From a virus, in IMG/VR virus record IMGVR_UViG_3300024346_000008, positions 1 through 64,000 of that record: a DNA stretch of 64,000 nucleotides; one strand, given 5' to 3'. Numbering within the stretch: the first letter of the stretch is position 1; each line of letters begins with the position of its first letter. Under the pieces are notes generated by a model, which saw only the letters and a program-made list of their open reading frames with translations, ran no database searches and had not been told where the DNA came from. Shown here one piece after another: positions 44,375 through 54,320 of the stretch. A program made the translations under genes and the position numbers.

Positions 44375-45283
44375 TTAACCATTTCCTAAAAATGTATATT
44401 TTATTGAGGGTAAGTAATGTTCATTTATTTCACTTTCATTTCGTGCTCCACTTATAACATCTACATGAGTATATCTAGAACACATATCATATAGTCCAGT
44501 TTGCATACCAGTGGCTACTTTAGAATGACAAACTAAATACATTAATAACCGCACATTCATCCCATCTGTACTGAGTACTTTATTTGCTTTGAACTCATGA
44601 TCCATATTACAATAATACATAAATGGGAGATCTTGATACTTGCTAAGTTTTTCCTCTACACCTTCTATCCACCCACTCATATTCATTCCCTCTACATGGC
44701 GGATAGAGAATGCCCCATACTCATTGTCTCCAAAATATTGTGTTTTTATCTTTTCAAATGACTCAACTTCTTCCTCTGAGAAATATACCTCTGGTATATA
44801 GTCGCTGTCAAGGTCTAAATTGATTTTATGGAATCTTGCCATCTGTAAAACCAACGGATCATTTAAAAATAAATGATTTTTAATTCTAAAATGGTCGTGA
44901 TATATCTCACCATCAAATGAGTCTACAAAAGCATCTACATATGGATTACTATTAAAACAATTTCTAACATTTAAATATGGATTTGCCCAAATTCCCCACA
45001 CATTTTGTGGATTTTGACTAGGTGGTCCATATAAATGTTCTATAAACTTCTCCGAAGTAACATACACCTTACATCCAGGATAATGTTCTTTTAACAGTCT
45101 AGGGAGTGCGGTGATAATTCCCCAATCACCAATACTGTGACATCCTCTATGAATAACAAACTCGCCGCGATCAAAGTATTCATCGGGTGGATGGAATACC
45201 TCTCCATCGGTTGACCAACCCAACCTATCAACCGATTGTATTGGATACATTTGATTATTAAATATTCTATGAAACAATGGCAT
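44375..45283 (-). CDS. GT9-like glycosyltransferase
   Basis: SIGD......LPR.LK..YP, NPYVD. Confidence 0.6.
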   Translation of the reverse strand: MPLFHRIFNNQMYPIQSVDRLGWSTDGEVFHPPDEYFDRGEFVIHRGCHSIGDWGIITALPRLLKEHYPGCKVYVTSEKFIEHLYGPPSQNPQNVWGIWANPYLNVRNCFNSNPYVDAFVDSFDGEIYHDHFRIKNHLFLNDPLVLQMARFHKINLDLDSDYIPEVYFSEEEVESFEKIKTQYFGDNEYGAFSIRHVEGMNMSGWIEGVEEKLSKYQDLPFMYYCNMDHEFKANKVLSTDGMNVRLLMYLVCHSKVATGMQTGLYDMCSRYTHVDVISGARNESEINEHYLPSIKYTFLGNG

Positions 45284-45310
45284 ATATTACTCTTGATAAC
45301 ATGTGATTTA

Positions 45311-46249
45311 TTAGTAACCTTCTTCTACACCCATTTGAAAATTATTAGCGTCAAGAATTAATGGCGTATTTGCATTTATTCTTACTGCTATGAATTGTAT
45401 TGGCAATCCATGTAGTGCCCCTTTAGAAAACCCCGTGGATGATAATACTTCTTTATATTTTCCAGTTTCCGAGCACCAAACATTAATCTCTTCCCACCCA
45501 TGCTTCTTCGACAAAACAATTACACCGTCGAGAAGAGTACGAACGTTGTCTACATCACCAGACATATTTACAATATGACAAAAATTACCGTATGGTTTTA
45601 AAACAATAAACGCACTATTATAGGAATAACAAAGATATTGATGATCGGGGTGTCGAATCCAACGTAAATTTAAATATTTGTCATCTTCGTTGAATCCTAA
45701 ATTCGGTTCCAACATCTTAAAATTAGTTATGAAATTTAATTTTAATTTTGATTGATACTGATATTCAAGTTTGTTACTTCGACTGTAAATGTCTATATCA
45801 GAAACCACTTCCCAACCTGCCTTCAAATGTCCTCCCACAACCGCTCTACCTTGTTGTGGGAACCCTAAAATATATTCGAACTCTTTAATTCTTCTTTCTT
45901 CTTTTATTGCAAATTGACTTAGTAATACAAATAAATTTTGTCTTCTATAATCAGGATGTATTCCAACTGCAAAACATCGGCCGACTTTGATATGCTGATT
46001 CTTTAGTGTTAATGTTTTGGGTTCAACACTCCAAATCCCAATTAATTTTTCGTTATCAAAAACTCCCCACGTTCTTGTACCAATTGACCATGTTTCTAAC
46101 TTACCAATATCGTTGTGGTACCAATCAATCCATTCTTCCGTGGCAGAGGCACCTTTAAATAATAAATTATGTAGTTCTTTATATGATTGACGATGTGTGG
46201 ATAGTGGATCAATCTGCTTAAATACAAAATTATTATTGTTTTCCATCAA
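45311..46249 (-). CDS. GNAT acetyltransferase
   Basis: VGIHPDYRRQNLF. Confidence 0.85.
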   Translation of the reverse strand: MMENNNNFVFKQIDPLSTHRQSYKELHNLLFKGASATEEWIDWYHNDIGKLETWSIGTRTWGVFDNEKLIGIWSVEPKTLTLKNQHIKVGRCFAVGIHPDYRRQNLFVLLSQFAIKEERRIKEFEYILGFPQQGRAVVGGHLKAGWEVVSDIDIYSRSNKLEYQYQSKLKLNFITNFKMLEPNLGFNEDDKYLNLRWIRHPDHQYLCYSYNSAFIVLKPYGNFCHIVNMSGDVDNVRTLLDGVIVLSKKHGWEEINVWCSETGKYKEVLSSTGFSKGALHGLPIQFIAVRINANTPLILDANNFQMGVEEGY

Positions 46250-47376
46250 TTACCAACGACCTCTAAAAATTTATTTGCGATGAAATGTACATCGTCGGAA
46301 GTTAACCACCAACCGCATGGCAAAGAAATTTGGTGATTGGCAAACCGATTAGTTTCGGGTAGGTCACACATACTTTCTGCAAAACATGTATAGTTGTGAT
46401 TTGGTGTATGAACAAGTCCAGCATCAATTCCATGTGACTTCAGTTCAAGGATAACCGTATCTCTATCTAATGATTCATCTAGTAAACACGTAAATACCCA
46501 ATGCGACGGATCGGTCCCATCAACTACTGTCATGGGCGTAATCAACTTACTCGTAAGTAGTTCAGTATATAATGCGGCGTTTTGTTTGTGACCATTTACA
46601 ATACGATCAATGTGTGGTAACTGTGACAGTCCAATCGCCGCAGAGATATTATTCATATGATACTTATATCCTGCTTCCTTAATATCAACTTCCCAACGTT
46701 GTCCCTTCCATTCACCATTTACATCCTTTGTAGCTTCTCGGTCTAACCCAAACCACTTCAGTTTCTTAGCACGAGCAAAGTCATCGGCATCCTTACACAC
46801 AAGAATACCACCATCTCCCGTGGTAATATGCTTAATTGCCTGCAGACTATAGCATGTGTAGTCAGCAAAATGACATACATGCTTACCGTCTACCGTTGAA
46901 CCAAACCCATGTGCGGCGTCTTGAATAAGTTTAATGTTATGTTGTTTACAGATTTCACTTAATCGCTTTAAATCACAGGGTAAACCGGCCCAATTAACAC
47001 ACAGAACCGCCTTTGTCTTTGAAGTAATCTTTTCCAAAACCTTTTCGGGGTCTATATTACCCGTGGTACTATTAATATCTGCCCAAACAATCTTTGCCCC
47101 AATATCATAGATTGGTGTGTTTGATGCCACACAAGTCATGGAAGTGGTAATAACTTCATCACCCGCAGTAACTCCAGCAAGTCGCAGTGACAATGTAAGT
47201 GCCGATGTACAACTATTAAGAGCAATAACATGATTGTGTTGAAATCGTTCAGATAATGCTTTTGTTAACTGTGTAACTTGCATTCCTTCATTTAAAAATC
47301 CACTAGTTAATACAGTTTCTAATTCTTTGAGTGCCGCCGGAGCGTCTACGTGTACTTTAAACATTGGATACTTCAT
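46246..47376 (-). CDS. DegT/DnrJ PLP-dependent sugar aminotransferase
   Basis: NSCTSAL, DAAH, SLQAIKHITTGDGG. Confidence 0.95.
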   Translation of the reverse strand: MKYPMFKVHVDAPAALKELETVLTSGFLNEGMQVTQLTKALSERFQHNHVIALNSCTSALTLSLRLAGVTAGDEVITTSMTCVASNTPIYDIGAKIVWADINSTTGNIDPEKVLEKITSKTKAVLCVNWAGLPCDLKRLSEICKQHNIKLIQDAAHGFGSTVDGKHVCHFADYTCYSLQAIKHITTGDGGILVCKDADDFARAKKLKWFGLDREATKDVNGEWKGQRWEVDIKEAGYKYHMNNISAAIGLSQLPHIDRIVNGHKQNAALYTELLTSKLITPMTVVDGTDPSHWVFTCLLDESLDRDTVILELKSHGIDAGLVHTPNHNYTCFAESMCDLPETNRFANHQISLPCGWWLTSDDVHFIANKFLEVVGN

Positions 47377-47379
47377 ATA

Positions 47380-48429
47380 TTACCTCGTCATTTGTCGAAT
47401 GTCATCTTGGCTAATTTTTCTAATAACATCAATTGTAGTGTCATTAAATTCTGATAAATCTTTTGATAAATATCCCAAAGATTCTAAGTATTCTTCAAGC
47501 ACATTTATCTCTAATACATCCATTGAACTATCAAACTGAAAAATATTTTGGTTATAAATTGTTGTGTCGTATATTGGCTTTACCACGAATCGATTATTAC
47601 GTTCTATAGTTCTTAACGATTCGGTTTCATTAATCATTGCCTCATGAATCTTTTCTCCACTACGAATTCCTACTATCTGAACGGGTTTGTTATATCTTTT
47701 AGAAAAGATATTAGCTAAGTCTATGATTCTCATGGACTTTAACTTAGGTATATACAACTCACCATTTTCTGCGTTCTGAATACAATCTAAAATAAGATCA
47801 ACGCTATCGTTTAGTGTCATAAGAAACCGTGTCATATCCTCCCGAGTTACCGTAAGACATTCATTATTCTTTGCTTGATATAAAAACAACGGTATGATAC
47901 TTCCTCTCGACTCTAGAACATTTCCATAACGAACAGCACAGAACTTAATGTTATTGTTCTCCACGTTTCTTGCCTTTTCCAGTACTACACGTTCAGCAAT
48001 AGCTTTACACATTCCGTATACATTAATTGGAGCGCACGCCTTGTCCGTACTAACCATCAATACTGTTTCAAGAAATTTTGAATAGAGATGCGAATTTTCT
48101 TCCACAACATTTGCTATGTTTTGTGGACCGATGATATTTGTCTTAATACTTTCTTCTGGCGATAGTTCACATATATCTACGTGTTTTAATGCGGATGCAA
48201 TTATAATAACGTTTGGTTTAAATCTAGATATTACTTCCGCAACTCTATCTTTGTCACGGATGTCACCAATCATAAAAGATATATTTTTTCCACTAAACTT
48301 ATTCTTTAACGCCCAGTGTTTAGATTCATCGCGTGAATATATACATACATCATTGTCGATGCATAATCTTTTTATAAGAGATGTACCTAAAGAACCAGAG
48401 CCACCGAATATTAAATATCGTTTCTTCAT
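47380..48429 (-). CDS. UDP-GlcNAc 4,6-dehydratase (PseB/CapD type)
   Basis: SRDE.K, ALKHV, STDKA..P.NVYG.CK, RYGNV..SRGS. Confidence 0.9.
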   Translation of the reverse strand: MKKRYLIFGGSGSLGTSLIKRLCIDNDVCIYSRDESKHWALKNKFSGKNISFMIGDIRDKDRVAEVISRFKPNVIIIASALKHVDICELSPEESIKTNIIGPQNIANVVEENSHLYSKFLETVLMVSTDKACAPINVYGMCKAIAERVVLEKARNVENNNIKFCAVRYGNVLESRGSIIPLFLYQAKNNECLTVTREDMTRFLMTLNDSVDLILDCIQNAENGELYIPKLKSMRIIDLANIFSKRYNKPVQIVGIRSGEKIHEAMINETESLRTIERNNRFVVKPIYDTTIYNQNIFQFDSSMDVLEINVLEEYLESLGYLSKDLSEFNDTTIDVIRKISQDDIRQMTR

Positions 48430-49289
48430 TATGCTACACCCGATATCATTCCGAACATGTCATGTTGTGGCATTCCACCCCACTTTTCTAAAAACCTACT
48501 GGCACTTCGTTGTTCATAAAATGCTTGACGAGGTGATCTGCCACCCAATGCATCATTAGCAAAATGTCCATTAAAACTTCTACTTCCAAAGTGATAAACA
48601 ACGGACTTACTTGTAAGAACAAATTTAAAATCTGACTGCTTCATTCGTAAAAATAAATCCATATCATCGAACGATAGTGGATTAAACCGTGGATCATTTC
48701 CACCAATCTCATCCCAATCTTGTTTACGAATCAGAAAAGAAACTCCTTCTCCTTTTGGAATTTCAAAATTATTTAATGAAGAAAATTCTGTTGCCCACAT
48801 ATCAAAATATTCTTGATTAAATGTATTGTGTACATCCCCAAACAAATCATTATCAACAATCACAGTTCCAGGTCTACCTACGTCACCCTTAAATACCTGT
48901 GGCTGAATTCTATGTGATGATACTACTAACTTTTCATTGGGATACTTGTCAAATACTTTTAATAATTCTAAGTCTTGATTGGGAGCAACGTACATATCAG
49001 CGTGAATAAAGTTAATATATTCCGTTTGTACTGCATCAGCCATTAAATTCATACCACCACCAATTCCAATTTCATCATCGGTATCAGTTTTAATGATCAT
49101 TGGCGTAATATTATAAACTTCTTTGTTTGCTTCCAACCACTCATCAGTCCCATCGGTGCAATTTTCTGCACAGACAATCAATGGACTATCTATAATAGCA
49201 TGATTTTTTCGGATGGACTGTACAGCAAGTTGTAAGTACGGAAGGGAATTGTTAGTGCCTATGCAAGTAGTAATCATTTTGGTATCCAC
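48429..49289 (-). CDS. family 2 glycosyltransferase
   Basis: CTDGT, HADM, IGG.D..F, YHFGS. Confidence 0.85.
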   Translation of the reverse strand: MDTKMITTCIGTNNSLPYLQLAVQSIRKNHAIIDSPLIVCAENCTDGTDEWLEANKEVYNITPMIIKTDTDDEIGIGGGMNLMADAVQTEYINFIHADMYVAPNQDLELLKVFDKYPNEKLVVSSHRIQPQVFKGDVGRPGTVIVDNDLFGDVHNTFNQEYFDMWATEFSSLNNFEIPKGEGVSFLIRKQDWDEIGGNDPRFNPLSFDDMDLFLRMKQSDFKFVLTSKSVVYHFGSRSFNGHFANDALGGRSPRQAFYEQRSASRFLEKWGGMPQHDMFGMISGVA

Positions 49290-49993
49290 ACTGTTCTATT
49301 TGAATCGCTCGTTTCGTTTTCTAAATGTAACTTATAATCAACTATTGTGTCACCATTACAGTCAACTATGTTATAATCCAATTCATCTGCAATGTTAATA
49401 ATATCATAGATGTTATTACCATAATACCCTAAGAATTTAGGATGTACTTCCATAAACAAAGTGGGTCTATACATCTTCATAGATTCTTTTGCTCCTAGTA
49501 GTACCCGATAATCAAATCCTTCAACATCAACTTTTATACAGTCTGGTTTAACTTCATTGATTGCACAAAAAGTATCGATGGTTAACATTATATCTTGCAT
49601 ACTAGATTGCTGATTAATTAATGATTGATGTGTATCATAAGTTACTCCCATCAATTTATTTTCGTCACCAATCAACATTCTATTATATCGAATATTATAT
49701 AATTTATTTAACTCTATAGTTTGTGTCAGTGCTATTAGCACGGACAGTGACCCATCAAAACAATATGCGGTGCCACCTGTTTTTTTAGTAAATGCGATAC
49801 CAAACATTCCATATGAACATCCAACATCTAATAAAGTTGATTTGCCGTCTATATGGTTTAGGAAAGAATTAAATTCATTTCGCTGATTAACATCAACGTT
49901 AAACGCGTTGACCATATCAATGCGTTCATCAAGTTCCATTTCGGAACCATATAAAAATTCTATACCTTGTATATTTGCTATTTTATTCATCAC
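49274..49993 (-). CDS. FkbM family methyltransferase
   Basis: LDVG..YG, IKVDVEG.D..VL.GA. Confidence 0.9.
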   Translation of the reverse strand: MMNKIANIQGIEFLYGSEMELDERIDMVNAFNVDVNQRNEFNSFLNHIDGKSTLLDVGCSYGMFGIAFTKKTGGTAYCFDGSLSVLIALTQTIELNKLYNIRYNRMLIGDENKLMGVTYDTHQSLINQQSSMQDIMLTIDTFCAINEVKPDCIKVDVEGFDYRVLLGAKESMKMYRPTLFMEVHPKFLGYYGNNIYDIINIADELDYNIVDCNGDTIVDYKLHLENETSDSNRTVWIPK

Positions 49994-50337
49994 TCACTGC
50001 CGTGATTTACTTTGATATCCTTAAATCCTTCATTAAACTTTTCTACCATTTCATTTTTATATCCGACACGAATCTTATTCAATCCACGAATAGCAATAGC
50101 CCTCCGACCAACTTCTTCTAGTCCAAGTTCGGCTTCCTTTCCTTGACGAATGTCAGCTTCTAAGTCCCAAATTTTTCCATTGATTTCAACTAACTTATCG
50201 ATAAATTCTTCTACATTATATGAGGAAAGTTCCGAGCTATACACGTTAATTTCATCGGTCATATCATTGTCAGTACGTTGATTCTTTAAGATAGCGATAG
50301 ATAATCTATCCGCCATTTCTGATGCTGGCATTTTCAT
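49990..50337 (-). CDS. helical hypothetical protein (DUF6165-like)
   Basis: E..DRLSI..LK, IN.KIWDLE..IR. Confidence 0.65.
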   Translation of the reverse strand: MKMPASEMADRLSIAILKNQRTDNDMTDEINVYSSELSSYNVEEFIDKLVEINGKIWDLEADIRQGKEAELGLEEVGRRAIAIRGLNKIRVGYKNEMVEKFNEGFKDIKVNHGSE

Positions 50338-50338
50338 A

Positions 50339-51091
50339 TTACACTCCGTAACTATAGTTGGCTGCATTATACCTAAATTTATTAAACATTTCCCATCGGT
50401 TGGTTCTTTGCATATAATCCATCATACGACTATCTGCTCGTCTACAAAATTCTGGATTATCAAGAACCGTTCCATCTAAATCTATTATTCCACCCTTTTC
50501 AATTGTCTGTGAATTAAGATGCCCGATACATACTTTATCGGTAACGCCCGACTTCAACCCATGTTCATGAGCAATCATACCCGTTAATATATCATTGCCC
50601 CATCCGTAAATCAAGTCGATAGGATATTCCCCAACGATTTCACAAATGTCTCTACGGAGTAATGGTGCTTGAAAATCCAACCATTCTACAGGACGAGTGG
50701 TACCTGACATCCAATTATGCATTTGCTTCCAGTAGCATTGTGCTATAGAAGAATTGATAACGGCCGGTGACAACTGACACATATCATGTTGTTCTGCTTC
50801 ACTCAGCATCACCGATAAAAAGTTTGCCCCGTGAATTAACAAATCATTATTTAATACCATCAACCAATCATGTTTGGTTTCATTTAGATAGTAATCGAAT
50901 ATTAAATTCAATCCACCACCAAAGAAATAGTTTGTTTCTGAAATATGTGTTGAATAACTGGAACGTTCTGTTGCGCCATTTTCCAATACCATTATTTCAA
51001 AGTCAACACGTTTGTCTCTAGAAACCTGTTCAACTAGATTATTTGTTAACTCTGGTTGATTTACATTCATCGTAGCAATTAATATGGACAT
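50339..51091 (-). CDS. family 2 glycosyltransferase
   Basis: N..FGGG.N, LNND, GWG.D. Confidence 0.8.
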   Translation of the reverse strand: MSILIATMNVNQPELTNNLVEQVSRDKRVDFEIMVLENGATERSSYSTHISETNYFFGGGLNLIFDYYLNETKHDWLMVLNNDLLIHGANFLSVMLSEAEQHDMCQLSPAVINSSIAQCYWKQMHNWMSGTTRPVEWLDFQAPLLRRDICEIVGEYPIDLIYGWGNDILTGMIAHEHGLKSGVTDKVCIGHLNSQTIEKGGIIDLDGTVLDNPEFCRRADSRMMDYMQRTNRWEMFNKFRYNAANYSYGV

Positions 51092-52299
51092 TATATATTA
51101 CTCCTGTTACAGTATACTAATTCAACCACTGTATTTTTTAATCTATTAATCACCAACCTAAGATTACCCATCTCGTATTCAACGCCAGATTCAAATTCAA
51201 GGTTTTCGTAATCTTTTAATAGATTATTTAAATTTTGTATTGTAACATAATCTTCACTAGTAATTGTGTCAACATTAATTATAACATACACATCCCACGT
51301 TGTCAAGTCTTCATCATCAAGTTCACACGAAATTCTTTCTGACATATCAAATAAAGTATTTGGTTGTTCTTTTTTTATGTGCTCTTCAACCAATAGTTTA
51401 TTACTAACTATTACTTTATTGAACCACGGCTCAAATACATTTACTTCCATTAGATTACTAGCGTTTTCAAGTATACCACATATGTTATACTTTGCTGGTA
51501 TTATTGGATGGTGGTATTCATCATTCTTAATCCACGAATTCCATTTGCGGATATAATTTTTTCTTGCAGTTAACTCTGCCAATTCAAACGAATTATCCAC
51601 CTTACCGATCACCGTGTTATCTGTCCACTTATGACCACGACACGTTAAATGATATACCAAGGAATCTCTAGATTGAATGATTTGGTATCCAGCTAATACA
51701 AACCGTTGGAAAATATCACTGTCTTCGTATGGGAATGGGGCAAATAATGGATCGTGTCCACCGATAGAAACAAAATCTTCCTTGTAAATAAACCACGGGG
51801 CAAATATTCCATTGGTTATTCCTCCCCTACGTTCAAGTTGTTCTTGTGCCACAAACTCTATAAATGCATCTTCGTCAAACGTTTCTGGCCACATACCAAA
51901 ATCCTTAACGATTTTTTCTTTACCTTCTGGATGTAAGGGTGGTTCAATACGGGTGGCAGATACTACTACGCCCTTCTTCATGTGCTTTAATGCATTTTCT
52001 ACATAGTTTGGACCAACAAACATATCAGCATGTAGAATGGAAAATATTTCATTGTTTGCAAGATTGCCACCAATGTTATACGTAATGGTGTGACCCAATC
52101 GTTTACCGGTAGTATTTTCCCATATAACTAAATTTGAATCCGTCAATGAACGTAGCCACTCGACGGTGCCATCTGTACTGGCATCATCAAGTACTATTAT
52201 TTCGTGGCCGTGTCCCGCATATTTACGAATTGATGTGTATGCATTTTTTAGATATCGTAAATTGTTATACGAAGGTACTATAAAACTTATTAGATTCAT
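51091..52299 (-). CDS. family 2 glycosyltransferase
   Basis: DDASTDGT, HADM, EDSD. Confidence 0.9.
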   Translation of the reverse strand: MNLISFIVPSYNNLRYLKNAYTSIRKYAGHGHEIIVLDDASTDGTVEWLRSLTDSNLVIWENTTGKRLGHTITYNIGGNLANNEIFSILHADMFVGPNYVENALKHMKKGVVVSATRIEPPLHPEGKEKIVKDFGMWPETFDEDAFIEFVAQEQLERRGGITNGIFAPWFIYKEDFVSIGGHDPLFAPFPYEDSDIFQRFVLAGYQIIQSRDSLVYHLTCRGHKWTDNTVIGKVDNSFELAELTARKNYIRKWNSWIKNDEYHHPIIPAKYNICGILENASNLMEVNVFEPWFNKVIVSNKLLVEEHIKKEQPNTLFDMSERISCELDDEDLTTWDVYVIINVDTITSEDYVTIQNLNNLLKDYENLEFESGVEYEMGNLRLVINRLKNTVVELVYCNRSNI

Positions 52300-52302
52300 A
52301 TA

Positions 52303-52593
52303 TCACCATTTATCCACTGGACATTTTGTTTTTATAAACTTACTTTTTGTTTCCATAAAACAACCGCACTTACCACACCGTTTATCTTCTTTAATAAAGA
52401 ACTCACAACCACCGCACACTTTCATGCGGTGATTGTAAACTTCGTCAGAAGCAATAAGACCCTCTCCTGCAACAACTCCGGAGATAATATCTTTTGCACT
52501 CCCAACGAATCCTTTTGCCATATCAGTTAACGATGGTAACTTTGGTTCATCGTGACATTCCGGTTCTAAACATACTCCAAATGGATCAGTCAT
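52303..52593 (-). CDS. Cys-rich Zn-binding protein (DUF6171-like)
   Basis: R..VC..C...RC.KCGCF...K...CP..KW. Confidence 0.75.
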   Translation of the reverse strand: MTDPFGVCLEPECHDEPKLPSLTDMAKGFVGSAKDIISGVVAGEGLIASDEVYNHRMKVCGGCEFFIKEDKRCGKCGCFMETKSKFIKTKCPVDKW

Positions 52594-52991
52594 TCAAGTT
52601 CTCCGATTAAAATCTGTCGTAAGTTAGAGATATTATTTACTATAAAGGTTCTATATCGACGATCATTTTTTATAGTTGATGCGGTATATCGAGCGTAAGC
52701 CTCATCGGATTGTAAATTTGTTATTGGATTCGACCTGTCATCTGCGGCATAGTTAAATACTTGCCCAAACTCCGTTGATATCCTAACAAGATCCATGTCC
52801 GACAAATCATCTACCAATAATCCGTGCAATTGTTCGTTAGTCGTTGATTCATTTTTTTTAGCAGGATCAATCACTAACACCATATAACTTCCGGCATTCC
52901 CATCTTTAATTTTCTTATACGAAAATTCTACAAGCATACCAGATTTTATATTATTTTTTGATATAAATCGACGTTCACTCCGTAATGCCAT
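52590..52991 (-). CDS. hypothetical protein
   Basis: coupled ORF. Confidence 0.7.
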   Translation of the reverse strand: MALRSERRFISKNNIKSGMLVEFSYKKIKDGNAGSYMVLVIDPAKKNESTTNEQLHGLLVDDLSDMDLVRISTEFGQVFNYAADDRSNPITNLQSDEAYARYTASTIKNDRRYRTFIVNNISNLRQILIGELE

Positions 52992-54316
52992 TATTCAACC
53001 TTATTGAGTTTAGGGAGTTCAACCTTCTTCAGTTTAGGTAACGTTAACGCAACTTGTTTTGGAAACTCTGGAACATATTTGTCCAATAATTCCCACGTTC
53101 TTTTTTGAATACTTTCATACGAGAACTGCTTACGATTTCTATCCGCAGTAGCATACGCTTTATTCTTAAAAGTGGTATAATCCATGAATACTGCACCCAT
53201 TGCGTTTACACATTGCTGCGGGTCTGCGGCAAACCATTGTGATTCTGCCATAATCACATTTTCCCACACAGAACTAGGATGAACGTTCTTTAGTTCTCCG
53301 CCCACCAATACCGCCTCATCTTGTCGTAGGAAGTCCATATGACCGCTCCAACCACTTGCAATCACAGGTTTACCACTGACACTTGCTTCCAAGAGTGGAC
53401 GACCAAATCCTTCACCCTTTGTAAAACTTACATGTGCCTTAACCTTCGGATGATTATACAACGTATTCATTTCCTTTTCCGTCAATTCACCATGTAGTAA
53501 GTATACATTCGGAAGTTTCTGTGTACCGGTTAACGTAACAGAATCCTTTAACTGTTGAATTTTGGTAAGAATTTCTTCACGGTCTAAGATAGAAAATCCT
53601 GCACTACTGGTCTTAAGAATAAGAGCGGGTAATGGACGGTCTGTAATTTGCTTGAATGTTTCCAAGAACAGTTTAATCAATACCCCTACATTCTTTCTAT
53701 CTTCGCCGTACTCACCACGGAGCCAATGTCCAACGAACGCAAAGCAGAATGCCTCTGGGATACTGTCTAACGTCTTTGTAAATTCGTTATCTGTAGGTGC
53801 TTTTTTTCCAAAGATATTCGTATCAATACAATTGTGTAGTACCTCAATCGGTTTTGATAGTTGCATCGTTCCTTGTTGTCCCTGCTGAGTTTGGTAATTA
53901 TATTTACTATTTTCAAATACATTCTTGGAATGTTCGGAAATTGTAAAGATTGTATTCATACGATTACATCCTTCAATCCACTGAGGCGATGCTGCCGTCG
54001 TTTCAATACCTGCTGTAATACCAATGTTATACTTTCCAATCGGTTCAAATTCATTGGGAACCGTAATAGAAACAAACAATTCTGGTTGTTTGTTAATATT
54101 GGAACGAATAATTCTATCAAGAATCATTTTATCCTTTGGGTCATTTTCATCCAAGGCATTCATGGGCGTATCACCCCAATTCACGCTATGAACTTTTACG
54201 TCAAATTTATCATATTCAATAAGATGCCGAATAATATCTCGGCTCATATCCCCGTACCCCGAGCGGGTTGCACAGGGAGCACGAACTACACATAGTGGTT
54301 TAATTTCAGTTGTCAT
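52991..54316 (-). CDS. GT-B (family 4) glycosyltransferase
   Basis: SGYG, GEGFGRPLLEA. Confidence 0.9.
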   Translation of the reverse strand: MTTEIKPLCVVRAPCATRSGYGDMSRDIIRHLIEYDKFDVKVHSVNWGDTPMNALDENDPKDKMILDRIIRSNINKQPELFVSITVPNEFEPIGKYNIGITAGIETTAASPQWIEGCNRMNTIFTISEHSKNVFENSKYNYQTQQGQQGTMQLSKPIEVLHNCIDTNIFGKKAPTDNEFTKTLDSIPEAFCFAFVGHWLRGEYGEDRKNVGVLIKLFLETFKQITDRPLPALILKTSSAGFSILDREEILTKIQQLKDSVTLTGTQKLPNVYLLHGELTEKEMNTLYNHPKVKAHVSFTKGEGFGRPLLEASVSGKPVIASGWSGHMDFLRQDEAVLVGGELKNVHPSSVWENVIMAESQWFAADPQQCVNAMGAVFMDYTTFKNKAYATADRNRKQFSYESIQKRTWELLDKYVPEFPKQVALTLPKLKKVELPKLNKVE

Positions 54317-54320
54317 AATA